From Lepidodermella squamata (Eukaryota > Animalia > Gastrotricha), in contig JBLDXI010000032.1 in NCBI GenBank assembly GCA_047495785.1, positions 2,294,001 through 2,358,000 of the forward strand: a stretch of DNA of 64,000 nt. The letters run 5' to 3'. A model generated the notes under the pieces. The model worked only from the letters and a program-made list of their open reading frames with translations. It was not told where the DNA came from and did not search any database. The translations under genes were made by a program, and so were the position numbers. Of this stretch, positions 11,044 through 22,445 are shown one piece after another (position 1 is the first letter of the stretch; every line of letters begins with the position of its first letter).

Positions 11044-14019
11044 GTGAGAAGAAAATATGTTTTTTCAAGTGGGACAGGTTACCGGGCATCGTTGTTTAGC
11101 TTCCGCCAGCAAGTTGCTGATTAAGTAGCATTGTGATTTTATTTAATAGCAACGTTAATGTAATTTTTAGAGACACAAATTTTGAAAATATTCCTCAAAT
11201 TAAATGTTCTGTGCCAGCCGGAAGTTACCGGATAAAAAATAACGCCCATGCTTACAAAAAATGGTCCAGTTCCTTCATTTTTCATCCAATTCTCTTATCC
11301 TTGGTGTCATTAGATAGCGCTTGATGCATACTATCCACGTAGTCATGTAATTATGGTCGGTTGTTATAATTGTTTATATGTATAGGAATATTGTCAAATT
11401 TTGGCGAACTTAGTTGGTTTATTTGACAGAAAACAGTCCGGCGGAAGGGTTAATTCGTCTTAGCGATATTACTTTTGTTGATGGGTTATAGCATGGTTAA
11501 AATAACTTTTTGGGAAGATAACTAATCAAGAAATTATCGTTCCCTGTGACGTGTGACATAATTGCTCTTTTAGAGGCGTCAAATGTTCAAACGGAAACCT
11601 TCCGCGTACTTCTAATCGTAATCAGTTATGAGGTGTTTCATATCTCAATAGATAGCCCTTGAAATTCCCTTCAGTTATCATGAAATCAAACTTTTCGTAT
11701 TGTTTGTTTATTAGACGATGTCGGCTTGGGAATGATTGGATTTTGTCGAGAAACACGTTTACGGCGCTGAGTGAACTCTGCCATTTAGTTCGGCCCCCTT
11801 TGCTCTAAATGTAAGGTTTAAGTGTTTTTGCACGAAAGAAACATTTTCTTAATTAATTATTTAAATTGCAGCTTTCAGTCTGCCTGGTTCAATCTTCGGC
11901 TTAATCAAAACAAGATGCAAGACAACGTTTTAGCGACATTTTAGCCAAGGTGTTAAATTGTTATTTAATTTTGGAATTTCGCTTAATTTTGAACTTTGAT
12001 CCAGCTTAAGACGACTTGTAGCCCGTCTTTATCTAAACTGGGTTCAGCTTTGCGATTTTTCGCCGAGGATGCTCCGATGAAACATCGACGATGCACGAGA
12101 CGCCATCGACTCATTATTCGTAAGAAAGGAGCCTGTCCGAATTCGAAGTGCTAGATTGACCGTCTAAAACCCACTATTTCCGCACCGATTACGGCAAAGC
12201 CAGTCTCAGCCACCGCGTGTCCGCGTTTTTCAACACCCTGCCAATCCACTTCCACTGCTCACAACATCGGCCAGCTGATACCAGCACCTACAACGGTTGC
12301 CTTTCAACCTGCTAATGTGGCATCAAGGCCTACGCCACCGCCAATGACTACAAGCAGCTTGTTTATTGACGCTTTACTTTTAGTTGATTATTTTATGTAA
12401 ATTCATCTAGCTTTGTTGTTGACTTACAACGAAAGAGATCCGAAAAAAATCGCAATTACTGGATTAGCCTAATTTCAATCTTTTGATGAAAATTTACTGT
12501 CTTTGAACCTTCACTGAACCTATTTATGATTACTGTGAACTGCGAAAATGTGCGATTGGAGGATTCAAGTGCCGTGCCTAACCAATGTGGTGCGGAACCT
12601 ATTTGTGATTATCTTGAATTGCCGCGGCGATAATGAATCAAATTGTTTTCCAACCATATGGACGATACGATAGCTTCATTATTATTTAATAAAAAACCAA
12701 AGGTTGACTTCATATTTCTTATTTTTGGACGAAACTGTTTCTAGTTTCCTGTTGCCAGCTTGTTACCAACTTTCAAAAATAACTTTGACTTTCAGCGACT
12801 TCAACGTGAATGAAGGTAATGAAAAGAAGGCCAAAGTTGCATCCAGCAAGTTTTTATTTAGGTATTACACAAACGAAAACAAAGAAGAGAGAGATTATTC
12901 AAGTGGTTCAAATTTCATCACACAACACTAATTACAAGAAAATGCGAGCGCGTAAAGAGTTTATATCGATTTCTTCTGAGATTTTCGCTGAAAGATCTTC
13001 GCTCTTTCAGTTCTAGCCGGAGTAGCGATCACTTCGCATTGCCCTCGGGTGCAGGTGGTAGGTCGTTCCGGCGTTGAATCGGGCGACGATAGGATGATGA
13101 TAGGCGGCGAACCGAACGAGCTGCGGTTACCGACGGACTGCTCGCGGCGAACGACGGACTTGGCTTCATGATTGGTGCCCAGGTAGTGGAGGCAGTAGAC
13201 GGGGTGGAAGGCCATACGTGCAGTAGACGGGGTGGAAGGCCATACGTTCGCACTGCTCGGCGTTGTTGGCGATGACATTGAAATGAGTATAATTGTGAAT
13301 ATGAGCTGAGATGCAACAGACAGCTTCGGCTGGGCTTTAAATAGTCCAGGTGGCATTAAAATGGCGTCTAAAATTGTTGCAAATAATGTAAACTGGCGCC
13401 AAATCGATATTATCAATCATAGCGATCAACATTTTGTTTACGGAATATCGTAGTGTCATCAGATCGGAGCGCGTTTAGCGAAGCGGAACGCGCATCGGAT
13501 GGGTAGCGGATGGCCGGCGTTAGTTCAGCTTTCCAATCAGATAACGATTTAAAATCCAGGGTAGGACAGGGCAGGAAATGCAGGAAATGCTGTGTAGCAG
13601 TGAAGTTAACATTTTCGTGTGTGAGACTTTAACAATATCGGCCGATCCTGGCGAATCCTCAATGTATACTGGGAAATCTTTACGAAGGTTTAAGCGTTTC
13701 GTGTTTATTTGTTCACTCAACTTTCAAGATGATAGACTACTGTATCACAGAAATGTAAGTGAAAATCCAACAAAAATATATGAGTTTTTATCATTTGGTT
13801 CCGATTCTTCCAGTCGCATACGGCTGTTGATAGACTGCTACAGCTCAGGTCACGGTGTCGCTAAGGTCAGCTTACCTGGAATATAAATAAATTATCAGGA
13901 TGAAATAGTAACGGCGCAAATTTAGAAGATGTTATAAGTTTTCCGGTCAAGTAGCCGTAATGCTTAGGAATAACAATCTGAAATTCCACCTTGCAATTTT
14001 TCCTACCTACATTTTAGAA

Positions 14020-17000
14020 ATCCCCATCGATTTGTTCAACATTAACTACACATCTCCCTGGTGGTCTAGTGGCGTGTCGATCAGCACGATAAAATTTTAG
14101 CATCAGCGAAGCGCCTCTTGGAACGTCGAGGAATAGAAAAATTCAGCTATGGCGATAAAACTGAAGTCAGCGCGATGATTGCTAAAGAAGTCTTCGGCGA
14201 CAAGAAAAAGATGAGCCCACTTCTCGTTAAGCGCATCAAAAAATACTTCGCAAATGGCAAGATTTTAGCCGAATTTCTAGAAGCGGCAACTGCGGAGCCA
14301 TCAGGTGATAGCGACACATCTGAAGCGGAATCGCATCCTGACAGCGTCTTTCAGCCATCAAATCAGCGCTCTTCCGAGTCACCAATACAGTCAGATCATT
14401 CCGTCGTAATAACTGCCGATATCAGCAGCGAAGAATACGAGCACAAATTGAAACTTCTTATGGCCGCAGATCGGACAAAAGGCCTTCAATTCATCCAGAG
14501 ACGAACTACATGGCTCGTAACATTTACATGGAGAAGCGGGCAAAAGAAGAGGCTGTTAACTACTGCTATTTCGTAAACAAGACGAGTTACGTGCGGGTCA
14601 ACGATGAACATTCCAACTTTTTGGATGTTCATCTCTATTGTAAACGCTCGGATTGTGGTCGAACGCTACTGTTTTCCATTCGAAAGAAACCTGTTGATAA
14701 TTCGAACCAGCCTGTCAACATTCAAATTTCATTTTCCAACGAATGCTGCACGAGTAAGGAGCCGGTTAGACCTCAATGTCGCGGCGAAGAAAGGCAGAAA
14801 GTTGCGGACCGAGTGATGAATGACCCTCACATGACTGTTCCTGGTCTTATCGACAAATTTGAGGCAAAAGCCGACGTGAAAGCGGCTAAGGAAAACAGGA
14901 ACTTCACATCAACCTTAACCAAGTCAATCATCAAAAACTGTGTCGCTGAGGCCAAACGCAGGAAGGAAAACATCTGGGAGATGATTTCACGGTTTGATCC
15001 AAAAACACGCAAGAATTTCTAATTAATTAATTAATTAATTAATTTCCTACAGGACCTACAAATGAAAAGAAAACACGAACGAGAACGCTGACGAGCGATT
15101 CATTCAACACATCGGCGCCTCACCTTACTGCGTTATCCTATTTTCACCAGTTCAAGTCAAATTGTTGGCGAGGCTTTGTCATTGCGGTCGACTCATCATT
15201 TGTTTCGACTCCAGCGGCGGTACAGCTAGAGCCGAGCTAGTCTCTAGAAAGAAGGCATGCCATTATTGCAATATTTTCTTGGAAATAACTTACCAGTGTT
15301 GTTGTTGGGTTCAACTTACCTCGATGATCGTTTCTCCTGCATGTAATCGTCACATCGATGAAGTGTCGCCAAACGTAATCAATCGCGCATTACCAATGGC
15401 CCATTTGCTGTCCGAAAGCCATACGACAACAACACTAACGTTACATCTGTCGAGTGTGCGAAGCGCGATGCTGAGTTACTTGAGTGAAGACTACATAGCG
15501 CCGCTTTTCGTTATCGACTTCAGCTATGCCAACATCCACGCCATTTCCAACGCGTGGAACAACTTGACTCTCGTCCAAACTCTCGAACTTCACTAGCGTT
15601 TCCTATTAGAAGGCGTTGAACCCAAGGAATTTGCTGCAACAACTCTCATTTCCATCTGCAGTTCACATTACGGTGAGAAATAAATGTAATTATTCTATGA
15701 CATGAGAATAACAATAAATATATAATGTTATAGTGAAAGCTTTCAACCGAGCTATCCGTCAATTTTACCCAGGCAGGGAATATGACCGTCCAGTTGCAAT
15801 GTTAACCGTCGCTTTTGTTCACTTCGTCAATTCTACCGCACTCGAGGAAATTTACATGTTGGTTGACTTGGTTACCAGGGTCTTCAAAAGCAAAGTAAGC
15901 AATATCAAAATCATGCTTTTCTAACCTACTCATCTATCGATCAAGAACTTATCGCTTTAATATCATCTGCCAGAGGCTACAATTTCCATCGCAAAACTAA
16001 AAATAATCCTAAAGAGTCTTGCCTGACATGAAATTTTGTTACTTTGAAGGTTCGAGATCCAGTGGCGGAGGATTTGCTAGCCGAGATCTTTCAAACAAGA
16101 CCCGACTGCTTGGAGGAAATCGAGCCAAGCGACAATGACTGTGCGTTGGACATCGACGATCCAGGGGCCGATGTACCCGACTACGATCAAGAAAACCCAG
16201 ATCGGTCTAAAAGGCTAAATTTATCGCAAGCCCACCACTTGGCCGCGAGTGCCTCAGGCGATTTGAAGCTGCCCTTCTCGCCAATTCTGCTTCTTCTGGG
16301 ACCGAGGTTCAGGAAAACTACATCCCCAAGGCTGTAGACCACTTCATCCTTCGTTACTGCCCAGTCGCAACGATGATGACTGCCGTGCTGTTGAACCCGC
16401 GAAATTTAATGACAAGATCACGTGAACCTCTTCCTGCACGTCTAGCAGTGCCAATCAAGACTAAAAATCAGCCGGACGGTGCCACGAGGGTGACCAACGC
16501 AGCCGTTGAATCAGACTTTAACAATATTAAAAACTGCGTTTTTGATCGCAAATCAAATTTGCATCACGGCGTCATCGTCTCCACCCTGAAAGATTATACG
16601 CTAACGAAGTTCAAGGTGAATGCGAATTGCGAGGAGGTGCCAATGTTATCAGCCCCTATTCGCAAGTTGAAGCGAGCTAAGGCATCGATAAAGCCTGTAG
16701 CTAGCCAGCTGCCGATGATTTCGGAATTAGCCAGCCGGATTATTGGGCGAAGTCGAACAACAAACGACCGCCAAAGAAGCAAAGCCGTTATTATGATAGG
16801 CCAGACATCGATAGCCACAGCTACGCCCAGTTCAAAGAAATGTCTGATGTGCCAGCCATCAAAAAGCAGACGCCTCTAGGCTTAGCTTTCACCGAGCGAG
16901 TCCGTGAAAATCGAACTAATTTGAAAAGAACAATACCGAATGAGAATTCCAACATCAATCAGCCTACGAATACAGTCGACCATTTTTTGCCTGATGACCA

Positions 17001-17025
17001 TGGCGATGCACATGCGGTCGCGTAA
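14020..17025 (+). pseudogene. Decayed multi-exon NOF-FB/Mutator-like DDE transposase
   Basis: FIQHIGASPYCVILFSPVQ, ICFDSSGG (D1), HLLSESHTT, FVIDFSYANIHAI (D2), ICSSH (CxxH), TNAAVESDFNNIK (E); upstream Cys cluster LYCKRSDC; in-frame stops near 14067, 15063 and 15594; frameshifts near 14510 and 16290. Confidence 0.65.
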
Positions 17026-17216
17026 AAATTCGTTATTAATAGGCTCAGTGTGAATGCGGCTTAGAAATTGATGCGAGTGATTTTTTTGCGACCTAAAAAT
17101 CACACGACACCACACAGCAAATAACAGCAAAAAAGCAGTGGCCAGCCGTAAGGCTGGCTGATGGTGACGCGTGTTTTAGCTCGTAAGAAAAAACACCACT
17201 CGCATCAATATCTAGC

Positions 17217-18618
17217 CATAGTACTCTAGAGGAAGCTACATAGTAAACATAGTAAACATAGTAAACATAGTAATTTTGCATAATAACACTTTTAAGTTGG
17301 ATTTTTTAAAAGACGCGAGCGAAGCGAGCTATGCATTCTGGCGACCGAAAACCTTGCCCCGCCGTGATACGCGAGCAAAGCGAGCATCACGGGGCAAGGT
17401 TTTCGATCGAGCAAAGCGAGATGTGTCGAGCGTAGCGAGAAGGCAGTGTAATATCGAACTTGGATTTTTTCGAGCGGAGCGAGAAAATCCATTGAAATAC
17501 TGTGCTGCGACCGTCGAACGCCATATCGTCCGATTATTTCGGTAGAGCAAAGCTAGATTGATAATGTTTACTCCAAGGTCAACACCTTCAATCACGATAA
17601 AGGCCCTCTAGTCATCTCAATTTATATTCCAGAGTCGCAAAGAAAACGCATTTGTGCAAATCATCAAAATAATTGAAATTTGAAATCCCTACTTAGATGA
17701 GTTAAAGCGAATGATTCTCAAACATTCGCTCTTTTCTTATGCTTCAGACAAAGAAACTGGCTGAGAAACTCCGAAAAATTGAGCTCTCAGCGACGCGAAA
17801 AGCGGTTCAGAATAACCAGATTGCAAATTTTTCGCTTTTTAGTTTTAAGATGGATTTTTTATTTTCGCGAAATTACTCTTCATATGTGATTTTTCGCATT
17901 TTTTAGGGGTATTTACCCACGTAAAACGAAGAGGGTAACAGCTTCCTCCCGAGTACTATGTATAAATAAGGCCCTAGGGAAGGCTAGTTTCGAGGAAAAA
18001 CTCACATAATAAGGCGAGGCGAAGCCGAGTCTTATTATGCGATTTTTCCGAGGAACTAGCCGTACCGTGGGCCTTATTAGACATATTACTCAAGGCAAAG
18101 CGTTCACCGTTCCCGATAAAACTGCAATTTAAATGGAAAAATGTGACATAATAGGTGATTTTCTGGTGTGAAATGCGACTTTAAAAAATCCACCTTAAAA
18201 CTGTACGATGAAAACGGCATTTTTGAACGAATTTCATGCTGAAACAAGAAAAGTAATCTCGCTTCGCTCGAGAGTGCTTTTTCTCGCTTCGCTCGATGAA
18301 ATCAGTGTCCCCTCGCTTTGCTCGGGCGAAAACCTTGCCCCGTGATGCTCGCTGCGCTCGCGTTTCACGGCGGGGCAAGGTTTTCGCACCTTCGGTGCTC
18401 ACTGTAAAAATTAAAAAATCCCCCCTTAAATAAGCGGTTTCTTATTATGTTATTATGTTATTATGTGAGCTTCGCCTAGAGTAATATGTAAAATAGAGCC
18501 CACGATACGGCTAGTTTCTCGGAAAAATCACATAATAAGCCTCGGCTACGCCTCGTCTTATTATGTGAGTTTTTCCTCGAAACTGGCCTCCTCTAGGGCT
18601 CTATCTATACATATTCAC
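17217..18618. repeat. Nested inverted-repeat/hairpin element (foldback or MITE-like)
   Basis: catagtactc (17217) ... gagtactatg (17960); catattactc (18082) ... gagtaatatg (18488); ~140-bp hairpins 17951-18091 and 18479-18618 that are reverse complements of each other; ~58-bp palindromes gaaaaccttgccccg...cggggcaaggttttc at 17347-17404 and 18328-18385. Confidence 0.85.
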
Positions 18619-18888
18619 TTTGAACCTACCAATAACCAACAATATTAGATGATTACTCCAGTGTATATCAAGTATGTATCAAAAGCTTGATTAATCATCA
18701 TTTGAATTATGAAGAGAAATCATTTATGAATTGATTTCATTTTATTTCTAACATATCCAAATTTCTATCAATGATATTCTTCGACAAAGAATAAATGTTA
18801 GAAGTTTCACGGGTTTTTTCATAAAGACAATAGAAAGACGAGTGTGCATACTACAACGGATACAATGTCCAATGAGAATCAGTGCATA

Positions 18889-19929
18889 TCAAACAACCTC
18901 TTTGAGGACTTCCATAGTCTTCTTGATGCCTTCGACATAATTTACCAAATCATCTTCGAACTTAACACCACTAGCAGTAGCTATCGTCTTCAGATGAAAC
19001 GAATCAGCAGTAGCTTTGTCAATATTGAGCTCAAGATTCCAGTCCACCATCGACTGTTTCATAACATTCAGTTTAACGCCATTTGATTCCAGAACTGCAG
19101 ATCTCATCGGTCCCAGATAGTTGAATTCACCGTTGCCCTCGTAGAATTTCTCCAGAACATCTTGTTTGAAGTATCCACCAGACTGCGTTTCAATGCGAAA
19201 GTCAATTATCATCGGGTGCGCGCCAACTTGACCACAATTTGAGGCATTTGTAGCACAATCGCGAAGACACAAGATGCGAGATATTAGGTCTATCTGCAGT
19301 AAAGCAGTCATATTAGCAGTAGCACGAGTCAATTCAGACAACAACAGTAGCTTCACTTCTTTGGTCACAATGTACAACTCAGACTGTGAACCATGATGCG
19401 GGAAAACAAAATCAGCCTCCGGTCCAATGCCAATATATTGCAAAAGCTTATAGACAAAAACTTCCTTGAGGTTTGGACATCTGATGCCATTATGGGAGCC
19501 AGAAGCGGGACCATACTGATGAGTCTTTATAAAGTAGCGAGTCTCGCGAGGAGTATCGGCGTATACAACACAAGAGAAACCGGTCTGTATTCCGCTTCGC
19601 TTCGGATACCAAACAACACCTTTCCACTCTTCATCAGTAAGTCCAGCTTTGAAATGTAGAGCTTCCAAGTGTTTTGCCACTGCAGTCTTCATGATGACGG
19701 GATCGGCATCTAGATATTCTGCGATTTTCGGCAACAGTTGCATGAACTGGCTAGTGCGATCCACATTTTTCTCATGGACTTTCGATATGTGAAAGCTATT
19801 AGCCAAGTCAAGTGCAAGGCGCGCCATTGTCAAGCGAATTTCACCACGCATCTGATGAATGCTATTTCCTATGTCGACGAACTGCTGCCAGCGTGCTTCC
19901 GCTTCGTCATCCTGAGAGCTCGCTGACAT
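18889..19929 (-). CDS. Intronless atypical kinase-like protein (HipA/CtkA/LepB-N/PI3-4K-like fold), ~346 aa
   Basis: Gly-containing KRSGIQTG, YFIKTH (Lys), KEVFVYKLLQYIGIGP (Glu), LRDCATNASN (catalytic-loop-like) and IIDF (DFG-like); uninterrupted ORF. Confidence 0.65.
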   Translation of the reverse strand: MSASSQDDEAEARWQQFVDIGNSIHQMRGEIRLTMARLALDLANSFHISKVHEKNVDRTSQFMQLLPKIAEYLDADPVIMKTAVAKHLEALHFKAGLTDEEWKGVVWYPKRSGIQTGFSCVVYADTPRETRYFIKTHQYGPASGSHNGIRCPNLKEVFVYKLLQYIGIGPEADFVFPHHGSQSELYIVTKEVKLLLLSELTRATANMTALLQIDLISRILCLRDCATNASNCGQVGAHPMIIDFRIETQSGGYFKQDVLEKFYEGNGEFNYLGPMRSAVLESNGVKLNVMKQSMVDWNLELNIDKATADSFHLKTIATASGVKFEDDLVNYVEGIKKTMEVLKEVV

Positions 19930-20469
19930 CTTTGAACAACTTTTCGTAATTGAAAAGACTAAAACTAAAAACGCTGGATAAGGAGCAGAGCTGAATTCAA
20001 CTACACAATTCAACGTTCAACATGCCATGTATTTGCGAAATGCTATGCCCTAGCAAATGGCAAAAAACGTGAAACAATTGGGATAAGAGCGTAATAAAAA
20101 CGTGAATTATTCGTAGTACAATCGTAAAAACTGGTCGTACTACGAACGTGGCACGCCCTCTACTACGATTTATCCACGTTTGTAATACGAGCGTACTACA
20201 AATTGAAACAAGATGGTGCCTAACGAGCTCGTGCACGCAGTGTTGCGTAATCAGTTTTATCACGATCTTACTACGATTTTTTGTCTCAACGGCAAAATTT
20301 TTTTAAGCAATGCCCCCACGTTGGAAAATGCGAAATCGCCTGTCTTTTACTATTGACTCGCTCAAACTCGTAAAAATACACCCTAGCTACCCCATTAGGG
20401 CGTTAGGGAAGAGGGAGTCCTTTGGTCATCGAAATTCCATCAAACGTGTAACCTCTCTTCGCTCCGCAT

Positions 20470-20770
20470 CTCACACCGCATCCACAAATGTCGTAAGACC
20501 CGGCGTAAAATGGTCATCGTTGCCCTCGACGTGCAGGCGGCCTACGATAGTGTTTGGCATGCTGGACTGATCTACAAGTTATTGCAATTGCCCCTGCCCC
20601 GCAATCTCGTCGGCTGGATAGTTGATTACCTCCGTGACCGCAAGCTGCAGGCCCGTGTGGCTGGTCACCTGAGCAGGGTCGCCACCGTCAACTGCGGCGT
20701 ACCCCAAGGGTCTCCTCTCTCCCCCTTGCTATACATCCTATACACGGCCGACCTCCTCATCGCAGAACCA
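20470..20770 (+). mobile_element. Non-LTR retrotransposon reverse transcriptase fragment (Jockey/I-like)
   Basis: VALDVQAAYDSVWHAGLIYKL...GVPQGSPLSPLLYILYTADL; interrupts duplication copy B. Confidence 0.9.
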
Positions 20771-22445
20771 TATAAATAGACAAATTTTCACAGACATAAA
20801 TTGCTATAATTAGTTAGGACATGGAAACAGGGAAATGCTGAAACTAATAGCTAATAACAATCACTAAAGTGGACACTTTTCATAGCCACGCTGGAAAGAA
20901 ACAATCAGTCGACGCCGCTGGTTTACTAGTCTACTCGTAGTTGGAAATGAGAAGCGAAGGCGACGTTATACGCCCATAACAAACAAGAAGTTGCGTAAAC
21001 ACTCTCCATCAGCTGATCTCTCTGAAACCTGACAAGAAAAGAAGAGGCTCTTTCCGCAATTTTTAACGGAAAACTTGTTTTCACATTTTATTATAATTGC
21101 AGCATCAATATAATTTTATATGTAATTTTAATAATTCTAGTCGTATTTCCAATTTTTACTCTCAAGCAGGCCTAGGCATTTTAGCGCCAAAACCCGCCCA
21201 GCAAACCCACGGGCGGGCCGGGCGGTCCAAACGGGACCCGCTTTCTTCACTTGTTTTAATGCCTTCCAAAAAAACTGAATATCAAGGTTAATTGTAATAA
21301 TGAGGTAAAAGTACGACAAAATGGATATAAATAGAACAGCCGACAGTTGCCGTGAGCAGCTGTAAAGGGAAGCCGTGGGCATTACGGGTGACTGGCTGTA
21401 GATGTTTGGGAAATGAAAGTCCATGCGGTAAATGAACAAATGGCCTGTTGGATGTAGGCTCAATGTGCTGCGCCTTGCTGCGCCGCTCTAAACGGCGCCA
21501 CGTGCGGGAACGTAACGCTTCAGATCAAATGGTTGCCATGGCAACGCTTGCGATGGCCGTACATGTTGACTTAACTGTGTACGTCTCGGAATGTACGTTC
21601 TTAGGTGCATGAATCTGTTATGGAATGGAGATGTCCCAGAACCGGGAAGATACGACCAACAAATGACAGGAAGAAGCTGGGGAATAGAGACAGAGATGTT
21701 ACATGTGAACTGGTTAATGACGTCAATGCAAGGACCTTGCGGAAGCGCAACATTCCAGGCCACCGCCACCACTCCCCAACTGAATGGCGAATAATTTAAT
21801 TTCAGTATCCTGTTAATGCTGTTACATGCCGGTTATGTTGAAGAATGTCACCATCGGAGTGCCTTCACGCTAGTGGAAATAGTGCAATAATGAAAGATCG
21901 CGAGGGATGTGTTTAGTTCAAACTCAGTCAATTAAATTACTCCATTCGTAGTAAAATCGTAATACATATTATCCTCTACACAAATTCTAAAAAAGCCCGA
22001 GAAATTACCTTAAGTCTTGATAAGTGGGCTGCCATTTACACTGAAATATGTATGCCACAGGCTGTTGTCCAAGACTTATTTCATCTTCCGATCAAGCAAT
22101 AATGCCGAACAACTATCGACATTACTTACGAAATAAGTTTCTTTTCAAAACCCGTCTATTGCAAAGTAATGAAAGCAATAGCTGTATTCCTGCTTCCTGC
22201 TGGTACGGCTTATCGCATAAACTGTCAAGAACAATTTCTTTGTTGGCAAACGTCAAACCTGGAAAAAATATTGACAGTAGCCCACCAGATTAAAAACCGG
22301 CAGAAAACATTAACACAATACAGAATGATGACATCATTTTTATTACTTAACATTGTTATATGTACCTGTTTCATCTAAGATTTGGTGAGCGAAACACATA
22401 AAGAGATTAAATGAGTTTAATACAATCGTTTCATTGTTTCGGTTA

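Larger units (their letters stand above)
9620..11062 (+). repeat. Duplicated copy of the CCDC33 upstream region plus first coding exon (copy A); the paralog is ~20380-20460 + ~21047-21166 + 28349-29170
   Basis: Colinear similarity, e.g. ggagtcctttggtcatcg at ~9655 and ~20413, ctttccgcaattttt at ~9753 and ~21050, and a near-identical exon 10712-11043 vs 28819-29149. Confidence 0.9.

Noticed and set aside
14055-14072. tccctggtggtctagtgg matches the 5' end of a eukaryotic tRNA-Glu
   Set aside because: No anticodon arm, T-arm or B-box follows, and it lies in the transposase reading frame; probably coincidental or an uninterpretable remnant
12005-16340. Repeated in-frame TAA/TAG suggested an alternative (ciliate-type) genetic code
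   Set aside because: An in-frame TGA and frameshifts also occur, and neighbouring genes use TAA as a normal stop; ordinary pseudogenisation explains it
21300-21860. Possible third cargo gene near the hAT left end (ORFs 21488-21772 and 21591-21794)
   Set aside because: No consistent exon chain or recognisable motif could be built
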